Origin: an uncultured Candidatus Entotheonella sp.
GTDB taxonomy: Bacteria > Tectomicrobia > Entotheonellia > Entotheonellales > Entotheonellaceae
NCBI GenBank assembly: GCA_965217185.1
Contig: OZ244252.1
Coordinates: 3,840,001 to 3,904,000, forward strand
Length of the DNA: 64,000 nucleotides
Direction: 5' to 3'
Part shown: positions 19,747-28,423 of the stretch, in pieces
How the letters are laid out: each line of letters begins with the position of its first letter
Numbering within the stretch: position 1 is the first letter of the stretch
Translations under genes and position numbers: made by a program
Notes under the pieces: generated by a model
The model's database searches: none
Told to the model about the DNA's origin: nothing
What the model saw: only the letters and a program-made list of their open reading frames with translations

Positions 19747-20690
19747 TCATCAATTTCCTTGCGCTGATTGGAGAGTGAGTTCCGTTCCCAAAATACGCCG
19801 TTTTCGTATCCTTGAATGGTTGCGTCAGATATTGCTGCAGCAATGCGCTTCAGCGCCCAACAAAGGTACTCTGCATTGATCTCAACCCCGCACCAGCGTC
19901 TTCGTAATTTCTCGGCTACGACCGCGGTGGTGCCGCTACCGAGGAACGGATCAAACACAAAGTCCCCCTGCCGTGAGCTCGCAAGAATCAGTTTCGCAAC
20001 CAACTTCTCTGGTTTCTGGGTGGGATGATCGGTATTTTCCGGCATCGACCAGAACGGGACCGTTATATCCGTCCAAATGTTCGACGGGTGAGTCAGCCGG
20101 TAGTTGCCTCCTTCTTCCTGCTTCCAGTCCTTTGGCTGTCCCTTGTCCCTGTATGGTGCAAGAACCTTGCGCTTCAGTTTTACCGCCTCAACGTCAAAAA
20201 AATACCGGTCCGACTTTGTGCAGAACCAAATGTCCTCCGTGTTGTTTTTCCAGTTCATCTTCGCCCCGCGTCCTTTTTCGCGCTCCCAGGTAATTCGATT
20301 TCGCACGTGAAATCTTGATTCCAGAATCGGTAAAACAAGCGTGGATGTGTTCCAATCCGAGCATGCGTAGATTGTCGCCTCTACCTTCATCAATGGATAC
20401 AACAAGTCGATGACGCCCTGGAACCACACGATGTACGCGTCCTTTTCCTTTTTCCTGAATGTATGACCGTGAAAATTCTTGGACAGATTGTATGGGGGGT
20501 CCAGAACAAGGAGGTCGACAAACGCGGTGGGGAGATACTTCGCCACTTCGAAGATATCTCCCGCCATGAGTTGGCCTTCGATGTCTGGCCGGGTAACCCT
20601 CGTTTCTACCCGCATGATGTCACGGGATAACTGGACGATTTCCTCATCCGTGCATGACAGCGTTTGATTCCTGGGGGCACGTTCTTGCAT
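19722..20690 (-). CDS. N4/N6 DNA methyltransferase, beta class
   Basis: DPPY precedes HPTQKP and DPFLGSGTT. Confidence 0.92.
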   Translation of the reverse strand: MQERAPRNQTLSCTDEEIVQLSRDIMRVETRVTRPDIEGQLMAGDIFEVAKYLPTAFVDLLVLDPPYNLSKNFHGHTFRKKEKDAYIVWFQGVIDLLYPLMKVEATIYACSDWNTSTLVLPILESRFHVRNRITWEREKGRGAKMNWKNNTEDIWFCTKSDRYFFDVEAVKLKRKVLAPYRDKGQPKDWKQEEGGNYRLTHPSNIWTDITVPFWSMPENTDHPTQKPEKLVAKLILASSRQGDFVFDPFLGSGTTAVVAEKLRRRWCGVEINAEYLCWALKRIAAAISDATIQGYENGVFWERNSLSNQRKEIDECQQTLFT

Positions 20691-20903
20691 GTAAATTCTC
20701 GCGTCGAGATATTGCTCAAATGATCGCAAAACAACCGAAGCCACTATGATCCAGTTCGCACTCAATTCCAATGAGACATATTCGATTGTTGCATCGTTCT
20801 TGCCGGTACGCGGATGATTGAGGGTGAGGATCACGGGTACAGTTCGAATGGAGAGACCGAGTCGGGAGCCAAGGCCGACAAGTGCAATATGTTTCCATTG
20901 CAG

Positions 20904-21170
20904 TCATGGATCAGGTTTTCCAGGTAACGGCACGCCATGCCAGACGGCGATGGCCCATACCGTCTGGTCTTGGATACGGTAGAAAAATTGGTAAAGCGTC
21001 ACGATGGCTTCTTGATAGGCGAGTTGCCGGAAGCTCCGGGGGTTTCCTATCTGATCCAGGAAATCGCTCAAGTCGACACAGAATGGCTTCTGCACGCTGT
21101 CGAAACTGCACCGCTGCAGCGGGATTGTCTCGCCGAATGTAGGCGCCAGCGCCGCCAGAAATTGTTGTCG
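20904..21170 (-). pseudogene. Degraded RelE/ParE toxin
   Basis: QFLAAL / AYIRRDNPAAA...LERFP / YQEAIVTLYQFFYRI...AVWHG lie in different reading frames. Confidence 0.7.
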
Positions 21171-21295
21171 TTAGGTTTGCCCCATGTTTCCACATTCGGT
21201 GTCTTGATCATAGGCCGCGGCGCCAAATTGCGGCAGCAAGGCGCCTCTGCTAGACTGCGCCCCGCTTCCGGCGTTCTGTAACCCTTTGCGGTGCT

Positions 21296-22771
21296 GTGAC
21301 AAACAGCGTAAGGCCTGCCGTGCCATCATCAATCCCGCCCCACAGCGTTCCCTCGGAAGTCAGCCAGCACTATCGCGGCTCGGCGCTCTTCGCCGACCCG
21401 GTCCATGCCTACGTGCCCTACACCGTGCCGCTTGACCTGCACGGCGGCGCGCGCGAAGTGGCGGAAAAGGACGTCATCGACACGCCGTGGGTGCAGCGCC
21501 TGCGCTACATCAACCAGTTGCAGAGCGCTCGCTGGGTCTATCCGGGGGCCGAGCACAGCCGCTTCCAGCATTCCCTCGGCGCCATGCACGTCGCCGGGCG
21601 CTTCGCCAGGCAACTCTACCCGTCCTTGCGCGCCGTTGAGCCGTCCTGCCCGTCGCTGCCGTACGTGGAGGAGGTGCTGCGCATGGGCGCCCTGCTGCAC
21701 GACGTCGGCCACGGCCCGTTCGGTCATTTCTTCGACGACAACCATCTGGCGCAATTCGGCATTGGCCACGAGGCCCTCGGCCAGCAGATCATTCTGCGCG
21801 AGTTGGCCGATTACCTGCGCGGCCTGCGGCGCGGCCCCAGCGGCGCTTTCGCGGCCGACGAGGCGCTGCAGCCGGAGCACGTCGCCTTCGTGATGCAGAA
21901 GAAGGATACCGCCGCGGACGCGCCGCGTTGGCTGCGCTACCTCAAGCCGGTGCTCGGCGGCATCTACACGGCGGACAACCTGGACTACGTGCTGCGCGAT
22001 TCGTACATGTGCGGCGTGGCCATTGGGCCTATCGACCTGGAGCGGCTGCTGCATTACAGCGTCATCACGTCGGACGGCCCGGCGCTGCACAAGTCCGGCG
22101 TCAGCGCCCTGACGATGTTCCTCAACGCGCGGCTCTACCTCTACGCCAACGTCTACTTTCACCGCACCGTGCGCGCGATCGATCTGCATCTGCGCGACGT
22201 GTTCCCCGCCACCCTGCGCCATCTGTTCCCCGACAACCCGCTCGACGACCTGCAGCGCTACGTGCGTCTCACCGATTGGTCGGTGCTGGAGGCCGTGCGC
22301 GGCTGGGTGGATGATCCGTCGCCCGACAAGCGCGCCCTCGGCCAGGAGTGGAGCCAGATTCTGGGCCGTAAGGTGAAATGGAAAATGGCCTATGACGCCA
22401 CGCTGCCCATGCGCGGCCGCGAACGCCGCACGGCGCAGAGTTTCGCACCGGAGCACCTCGTTGAACGGGTGCGAAGCGCCCTGCCGCCGGACAGCGGGGC
22501 GCTGGAATTTCAGCTCGATACCGCTGTGCAGGACCCGAGAAACCTCAACCCGCTGGCGCTCGGCGAATGGCCGATCAGCATCTATGACCCCGCCACCGGC
22601 GAGGCGCACCGTGAGCTGCTGGAGGACATCCTGGCACCCATTCCCACCGAGATGGTGCACCATCGCTTGTACACGACCGACCGGGATGCGGTGCCCATGC
22701 TTGCCCGCGCCTGCGAGTCGGTTCTGGAGTCGGAGCGCGTCGACCGCATGCCTCAGGCGGCGAGCACTTGA
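21296..22771 (+). CDS. HD-superfamily phosphohydrolase (dNTPase-like)
   Basis: QRLRYINQL, EHSRFQHSLG, LLHDVGHGPFGH, DNLDY, VYFH. Start uncertain. Confidence 0.88.
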   Translation: MTNSVRPAVPSSIPPHSVPSEVSQHYRGSALFADPVHAYVPYTVPLDLHGGAREVAEKDVIDTPWVQRLRYINQLQSARWVYPGAEHSRFQHSLGAMHVAGRFARQLYPSLRAVEPSCPSLPYVEEVLRMGALLHDVGHGPFGHFFDDNHLAQFGIGHEALGQQIILRELADYLRGLRRGPSGAFAADEALQPEHVAFVMQKKDTAADAPRWLRYLKPVLGGIYTADNLDYVLRDSYMCGVAIGPIDLERLLHYSVITSDGPALHKSGVSALTMFLNARLYLYANVYFHRTVRAIDLHLRDVFPATLRHLFPDNPLDDLQRYVRLTDWSVLEAVRGWVDDPSPDKRALGQEWSQILGRKVKWKMAYDATLPMRGRERRTAQSFAPEHLVERVRSALPPDSGALEFQLDTAVQDPRNLNPLALGEWPISIYDPATGEAHRELLEDILAPIPTEMVHHRLYTTDRDAVPMLARACESVLESERVDRMPQAAST

Positions 22772-22821
22772 CGCCGGCCCCGGTCCGTTTTTCGCCCTCG
22801 CCACAACACAAAGGAACCGTG

Positions 22822-23163
22822 ATGACGATGTTTACGCTGCAGGAGGCCCGCGTCCTGCTGCCGCAGGTCAAGGAAGTGACGCAGCATTACTATGATGTCG
22901 TGGAGGAAATGCGCGAGCAGCTTGAGAACCTTGAGGAGCCGCGCGACGCCAAGCGCCTCGAAGGACTCATGAATGACGAGGTTGGCAACTGGGTCAAAGC
23001 CGTCCGGAACCTCGGGGTGGAAGTCAAAGGCTTATGGGTGGCGGATTTCGATTCGGGCGACGGCTATTACTACTGCTGGAAGCTCGGCGAGGACGACATC
23101 GAACACTTCCACCGCTACGAAACGGGGTTCGCCGGGCGCCGTCCGATCTCGTTGCTGGATTAG
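22822..23163 (+). CDS. DUF2203 family protein
   Basis: FTLQEARVLLP, GVEVKG..ADF, YCWKLGE, GFAGRRP. Confidence 0.85.
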   Translation: MTMFTLQEARVLLPQVKEVTQHYYDVVEEMREQLENLEEPRDAKRLEGLMNDEVGNWVKAVRNLGVEVKGLWVADFDSGDGYYYCWKLGEDDIEHFHRYETGFAGRRPISLLD

Positions 23164-23167
23164 CGGC

Positions 23168-23199
23168 ATGTCGGATTACGCTCCGCTAATCCGACCTAC
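23168..23199 (-). repeat. GTAG-type REP (copy 1)
   Basis: Reverse complement reads GTAGGTCGGATTAGCGGAGCGTAATCCGACAT. Confidence 0.8.
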
Positions 23200-24211
23200 A
23201 CTTCTGCTTGCCGTCGCGCTGTTCCTGAACGGCTGCGGCGTCGGACACCTGTGGCACTTGGCGAAGGGGCAGGCGGACTTGCTGCGGCAGCGCCGCCCGG
23301 TGCAGGAGGCGCTGCAGGAAGACCAACTCAGCGACGTCCAGCGCGACAAGATTCGCCTCGTCCTCAAGGTGCGGGCGTTCGGCATCGAGCACCTTGGGCT
23401 GCACGACAGCGCCACCTACACCACTTTCGTGCACCTGGACCGGCCGTTTGTCAGCTACAATCTCACCGCCTCGCCGGTCGACGCCATCGAGCCCTACGTG
23501 TGGCGCTATCCCGTCGTCGGGCGCATGCCGTACCAGGGCTTTTTCAGCAAGAATGACGCCCTGGCCGCGCAACGCGAGTTGCAACAACGCGGCTACGACA
23601 CCTACCTGCGCGGCGTGCGCGCCTACAGCACCCTCGGCTATTTCGCCGACCCGATCCTCTCCAGCATGCTGTCCTACCCCGACGGCGCCCTGATCGAAAC
23701 CGTTCTGCACGAGATGCTGCACCAGACGGTGTGGATCAAGGGCCACGTCAGCTTCAACGAAAGCCTGGCCAGTTTCGTGGGACAGAAGGGCGCCGAGGCG
23801 TATTTGGCGCATCACGACGGTGTGGATTCCCCGGCCTATCGGGATTACCTGGACCGCCGCGCCGCCGCCGACCTCCTGCGCGCCCATCTGCAGCAACTCA
23901 TCTCCCGCCTGCAAGAACTCTATCAGGAACCGATCAGCCGAGCGGAGAAGCTGCGCCGCCGCGAAGCCCTGTTCGACGAAGCCGTCGCAACCTATCCGAC
24001 GCTCTTCCCCCGCATGAAAACCCATACCTACCGCCGATTCTTCGAAGGCCGAATCCTCAACAATGCTCTGCTGCTTTCCTTCCGCGTCTACAACCGCGAC
24101 ACGGCTTTCTTCGATGCCGCCCTCGCCCGTGCCGGCGATCTGCGCAGCGCCATCGCCTATTTCAAAACCCTGCGCGCACGTGATCTCCCCGACATGTTCC
24201 GCACGCCGTAA
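23168..24211 (+). CDS. Putative zinc aminopeptidase lipoprotein
   Basis: Lipobox LNGC, AYSTLGYFADP, HEMLH...FNESLA. Confidence 0.85.
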   Translation: MSDYAPLIRPTLLLAVALFLNGCGVGHLWHLAKGQADLLRQRRPVQEALQEDQLSDVQRDKIRLVLKVRAFGIEHLGLHDSATYTTFVHLDRPFVSYNLTASPVDAIEPYVWRYPVVGRMPYQGFFSKNDALAAQRELQQRGYDTYLRGVRAYSTLGYFADPILSSMLSYPDGALIETVLHEMLHQTVWIKGHVSFNESLASFVGQKGAEAYLAHHDGVDSPAYRDYLDRRAAADLLRAHLQQLISRLQELYQEPISRAEKLRRREALFDEAVATYPTLFPRMKTHTYRRFFEGRILNNALLLSFRVYNRDTAFFDAALARAGDLRSAIAYFKTLRARDLPDMFRTP

Positions 24212-24264
24212 AGGCGTGTCAGTCGGATTTGCCGGGGTGGAAGCCGAAGGGTATCTAACCTACA

Positions 24265-25629
24265 ATGAGCGCCATGAGGTCATCTCCCCCGGATCCCGCC
24301 GCCGAATCGAGCTTGCAGCCCCCACAGCCCTCCCCGCCGGGCTTCCGTGATACCGCCTTCACGGAGAATCACGAGGTCGCCCTGCATCGCTGGGTGCCTT
24401 GGATTGCCGGATTCTCCGGTTCCTTTGTCGCCGGGGTGCTCGATACCGTCAGGCAGCGCGGCAAGATGCGCGTCCTGGACCCTTTCGCCGGGGTCGGCAC
24501 CACCCTCATCGAAGCCCTGAAAAAAGGCGACGACACCATCGGGTTCGAGATCAATCCCTATGTGGCGCTCGCCTGCAAGGTGAAGGCCAACGCCGGGCAC
24601 TATGACGTGGCGAACCTGGACGGCCTGATCGCCCGATTCGAGGCGTACGGCGCGGCGGAATCCTGGCTGCACACAAGGCCCGCTTCAGCACGCCCGGCGG
24701 GGTTCCGCAGCCGCTCACCGTTTTTCAGTGATACCGTGGAACGGCAGGTGTTGGCGTGCCTGGATTTTGTCGCCGCGGAAACTACGGATTGGCTGAAGGA
24801 CCTGTTCCACGTCGCCTTCGGTTCCGTGATGGTGAGCTTTTCCAACTACACATACGAGCCCAGCCTCGGCACGCGGGCCGGTGCGGGCAAACCGGACATC
24901 GCCGACGCCGACGTCTTCGACATCGTCCGGCGCAAGTTGCAGGAAATGCGGGACGATATTGTCAGGTTCCAGGGCTGGTTGGCCAAGCACCAGCCGGTTC
25001 CGCATGCCACCGTGCACCCGTTGTCCTACCTCGACCACGCCCACCGGATCGAGCCCCGCAGCATCGACGTGCTCATCACTTCGCCGCCGTACCTCAACAA
25101 CTACCACTACATCCGTAACACGCGGCCGCACCTCTTCTGGCTCGGCCTGGCGCAGGCGCCCGCCGACCTGAAGGCCATTGAGCGCCAGAGTTTCGGGCTG
25201 TTCTGGCAGACGGTGCGATCAGGTCCGCCGGTTGCTCTGCAGCCCGACCTGCCCCACTTGGCCGAGCAGATTGAGCAGCTTCGTGCCCTGCATCCCGAAA
25301 AAGGTCCTTACGGCGGCTCCGGCTGGGCCAATTATGCCGCTGCGTACTTCAACGACTGTCAGCGCTTCTGTGCCGTCACGCTGAGCCGCATGCGTCCCGG
25401 CGGCGCCGTGGTCGTCGTGATCGGCAACAACATCCTGCAGGGCATCGAGTTTCAGACGGACAGGCTGTTCGCGGAGATTGCGGAGCGGGCGGGGTTCAAG
25501 CTCGTGAAGCTGCACGAGGTGCGGAAGCGACGGACGGGGAATAGCATTGTCAATTCATCGGTGCGGATCGGATCGGCGCGTCAACGGGCACAGCTGTACG
25601 AAACCGCGGTCGAGTTGCGGGCGCCGTAG
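24265..25629 (+). CDS. Amino DNA methyltransferase, probably N4-cytosine, alpha motif order
   Basis: DPFAGVGTT precedes ITSPPY. Start may be 24274. Confidence 0.85.
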   Translation: MSAMRSSPPDPAAESSLQPPQPSPPGFRDTAFTENHEVALHRWVPWIAGFSGSFVAGVLDTVRQRGKMRVLDPFAGVGTTLIEALKKGDDTIGFEINPYVALACKVKANAGHYDVANLDGLIARFEAYGAAESWLHTRPASARPAGFRSRSPFFSDTVERQVLACLDFVAAETTDWLKDLFHVAFGSVMVSFSNYTYEPSLGTRAGAGKPDIADADVFDIVRRKLQEMRDDIVRFQGWLAKHQPVPHATVHPLSYLDHAHRIEPRSIDVLITSPPYLNNYHYIRNTRPHLFWLGLAQAPADLKAIERQSFGLFWQTVRSGPPVALQPDLPHLAEQIEQLRALHPEKGPYGGSGWANYAAAYFNDCQRFCAVTLSRMRPGGAVVVVIGNNILQGIEFQTDRLFAEIAERAGFKLVKLHEVRKRRTGNSIVNSSVRIGSARQRAQLYETAVELRAP

Positions 25630-26211
25630 TCAGGCTCCACCATCCAGCAGCGACAGGACATCCTCGACGGTCTCGTCGGTCTGCAACGCCTCGGCCCATG
25701 GCCGTCCCGGATGTACGACGTCCCACCGGGGGCGCCGCATGGCGCGGCGGCCGCGACCGGGATCGTGGTTGCCGAAGCCGTCGATCACGGTGTTCCAAAC
25801 GGGCCGGAAGTGTTCGAGCAGAAACCGCTCTGCAAGGTCGATCCATACCGGAACCACGACCAGATAGCGGCACTTGAACTCGCTCAGATGCAGATTGTGG
25901 GCCTGCTCGACGGACCTGCTGTGCTGCCGCAGGCGACGGAACAACTCGCCGCTGCTCCCGTCCGCGCCGCTGCTTCTACCGCCCTTTCGTCCCCCGGCCG
26001 GCGCCGCTTTGCCGACGTAGATGGGGGTGTGGCATTCCTGAGAAGCGATCCCCTCGTAAAACGGCAGTCCGCCGAGGTAGTACAGGGCGTAAACGCCGGA
26101 GCCGGAAAACTCGATCTCCGGCGGCATGGCGACGGCTTCCGCCTCCAGCAGCGCGTTCACCACACTGCGCGCCAAGTTTACGTAGTTCAGGGGATCGTAC
26201 GCCTCCATCAT
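25630..26211 (-). CDS. Eco29kI-family GIY-YIG restriction endonuclease
   Basis: GVYALYY, PIYVGKA, RLRQH, AE, WN...GFGNHDPG, WDVVHPGRPWA. Confidence 0.9.
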   Translation of the reverse strand: MMEAYDPLNYVNLARSVVNALLEAEAVAMPPEIEFSGSGVYALYYLGGLPFYEGIASQECHTPIYVGKAAPAGGRKGGRSSGADGSSGELFRRLRQHSRSVEQAHNLHLSEFKCRYLVVVPVWIDLAERFLLEHFRPVWNTVIDGFGNHDPGRGRRAMRRPRWDVVHPGRPWAEALQTDETVEDVLSLLDGGA

Positions 26212-26272
26212 CCGTCTGAATCCTTCCCACGGACCCGTTTTGAGCTTCCCAGAGCGGTCATTCCGGGCCTTT

Positions 26273-26410
26273 CCCCCTCACCCCAACCCTCTCCCTCCAG
26301 GGGAGAGGGAGTAAAACCCGCTCCGTAGGGGAAGGTTAACCACCTTCTCCGCGGAGAAGGTGGCCCTCTCTAGCCCTCCCCCCCTTGAGGGGGAGGGCTA
26401 GAGAGGGGGT
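26273..26410. repeat. Cluster of C/G-rich palindromes
   Basis: CCCTCACCCCAACCCTCTCCC..GGGAGAGGG, CCACCTTCTCCGCGGAGAAGGTGG and CCCTCTCTAGCCCTCCCCC..GGGGGAGGGCTAGAGAGGG. Confidence 0.75.
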
Positions 26411-26445
26411 GTATGGTCTGCAAGGTCATCGATGGTGACGATTCA

Positions 26446-27651
26446 TTACGACAGGGCGCGTTGCAATTCGGCGACGCGGTCGGCGGCTTCCCAGGGGAAT
26501 TCGGGGCGGCCGAAGTGGCCGTAGGCGGCAGTGGGGCGGTAGATCGGGCGTAGCAGGTCGAGGCGTTGAATGATGAATTCCGGGCGCATGTCGAAGATAT
26601 CCTGGATGGCCTGGCCGATTTTCTCTTCCGAGACGGTGGGATTCACGGTGTCGACCCGCACGCTGACGGGATTGGCGTGGCCGATGACGTAGGCGATCTG
26701 CACCTCGCAGACGTTGGCGAGTTCGGCCGCCACGACGCATTTGGCGATGTAGCGGGCCATGTAGGCTGCCGAGCGGTCCACCTTGCTCGGATCCTTGCCG
26801 GAGAAGGCGCCGCCGCCGTGGCGTCCCATGCCGCCGTAGGTGTCGACGATGATCTTGCGGCCGGTCAGGCCCGCGTCCGCCTTGGGGCCGCCGTACAGGA
26901 AGGCGCCCGTGGGATTGACGAAGATTACGGTGCTGTCGAGCTTGTCGCGCTCGGCGTCCATCATGCTGTGGGACAGCAGGCGGTCGGGGATGACCGGCTT
27001 GATGACGTGCTCGATGAGGGCGGCGCGCAGGTCGGTGAGTTTCAGGTCGGGGCTGTGGTGCGTGGAAATCACCAAGTTGGCGATGGCCACGGGCACGTTG
27101 TCCTCGTACTCAACCGCTACTTGGGCCTTGCCGTCCGGGTACAGGCCGGGCACGATGCCCGCCTTGCGCACCTCGGCTAGACGCCCCGTGAGCCGGTGGG
27201 CAAAGTAAATGGGCGTCGGCATCAGTTCCGTGTCCACGTCGTTCAGGCGGGCTTCCTTGGTGGCGTAACCGAACATCATGCCTTGATCGCCGGCGCCCTG
27301 TTCCTTGAACAGCCCCTCGCCGCCGGACACGCCCTGGGAGATGTCGGGGCTTTGCGGCTTCATGTGCACCTGCACCTCGCACGTGGCGGCGTCAAAGCCG
27401 ATGTCCGCCGAGGTGTAGCCGATCTCGCGCACCGCTTCGCGGGCGACGCTCTCGATGTCCAGTTCGTTCAGGACGGATTCACTCACCTCGCCGGTGATCA
27501 CGACCAGATTTTCGGAAACCAGGGTCTCGCAGGCCACACGGGCCTTGGGATCCAACGTCAACGCAGCATCCAGGACGCTATCCGATATCTTGTCGCAGAC
27601 CTTGTCCGGGTGGCCTTCCGTTACGCTTTCCGAGGCAAAGGTGGCACGCAT
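26446..27651 (-). CDS. metK: S-adenosylmethionine synthetase
   Basis: [37 protein letters not shown]. Confidence 0.98.
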   Translation of the reverse strand: MRATFASESVTEGHPDKVCDKISDSVLDAALTLDPKARVACETLVSENLVVITGEVSESVLNELDIESVAREAVREIGYTSADIGFDAATCEVQVHMKPQSPDISQGVSGGEGLFKEQGAGDQGMMFGYATKEARLNDVDTELMPTPIYFAHRLTGRLAEVRKAGIVPGLYPDGKAQVAVEYEDNVPVAIANLVISTHHSPDLKLTDLRAALIEHVIKPVIPDRLLSHSMMDAERDKLDSTVIFVNPTGAFLYGGPKADAGLTGRKIIVDTYGGMGRHGGGAFSGKDPSKVDRSAAYMARYIAKCVVAAELANVCEVQIAYVIGHANPVSVRVDTVNPTVSEEKIGQAIQDIFDMRPEFIIQRLDLLRPIYRPTAAYGHFGRPEFPWEAADRVAELQRALS

Positions 27652-27710
27652 GGATTCAGTTCTCCTTCGGGGATGCTGGTAGACGTTTTGCGGGGGTTTG
27701 CGAAGGGCAC

Positions 27711-27719
27711 ATTCTAGCA
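27711..27719 (-). promoter_or_regulatory. Candidate extended -10 promoter for metK
   Basis: TGCTAGAAT on the minus strand, about 60 nt upstream of the ATG. Confidence 0.45.
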
Positions 27720-27754
27720 CAGCGCCCGTGGCGTCGCATCCCGAGGCGACCGGT

Positions 27755-28372
27755 TCAGCTTCCGCTACTCGGCTGCGACTTCGTGGTTGGCGCCAACCAC
27801 GGCATCAGCCGCTGCCACAGGCGCAGGCGGCCCTCGTGGTTGTGGGACGAAAACAGCGTCAGCGGCTCGTCGTCCGGCAGGGCGAGGCCGCGGCGGATTT
27901 CCTGCTCGTGGGCGGCACGCTGGTTGCGTTTCACCTTGTCGGTCTTGGTGGCGACCGTCAGCACGGCGACCTGCTTGTGCAGCAGCCATGTGCGCAATTG
28001 GCAGTCCAGCTCACTGGGCGCGTGGCGAAAATCGACGATGTGCACCACGGCGCGCAGCATGTCTCGGCGTTTCATGTACGCCTCTACCATCGGTCGCCAA
28101 CTCGCCTGCATCTCGCGCGGCACCTTGGCGTAGCCGTAGCCGGGGAAGTCGACAAAGCTGAATCGTTCATTAACCACGAAGAAGTTGATGGTGCGCGTCT
28201 TGCCGGGCGTGCCGCTGGTCTTAACCAGGTTCTTGCGGTGCAACAGGGTGTTGATGAGCGAGGATTTGCCGACGTTCGAGCGTCCGGCGAACGCCACTTC
28301 GGCGAGCTGTTGGTGCGGATACTGCGTCGGCGAAGCGGCGCTGGTAACGAATTCGGCGCTGACGATTTTCAT
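27755..28372 (-). CDS. engB: Ribosome biogenesis GTPase EngB/YihA/YsxC
   Basis: [28 protein letters not shown]. Confidence 0.96.
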   Translation of the reverse strand: MKIVSAEFVTSAASPTQYPHQQLAEVAFAGRSNVGKSSLINTLLHRKNLVKTSGTPGKTRTINFFVVNERFSFVDFPGYGYAKVPREMQASWRPMVEAYMKRRDMLRAVVHIVDFRHAPSELDCQLRTWLLHKQVAVLTVATKTDKVKRNQRAAHEQEIRRGLALPDDEPLTLFSSHNHEGRLRLWQRLMPWLAPTTKSQPSSGS

Positions 28373-28387
28373 GTCGTGTACCTTGAA

Positions 28388-28419
28388 GTAGGTCGGATTA
28401 GCGTAGCGTAATCCGACAT
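28388..28419 (+). repeat. GTAG-type REP (copy 2)
   Basis: GTAGGTCGGATTAGCGTAGCGTAATCCGACAT. Confidence 0.8.
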
Positions 28420-28423
28420 TCCG

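Noticed and set aside
27652..27754. SAM riboswitch upstream of metK
   Set aside because: The leader is short and I could not recognise any SAM riboswitch consensus; an Rfam scan would settle it.
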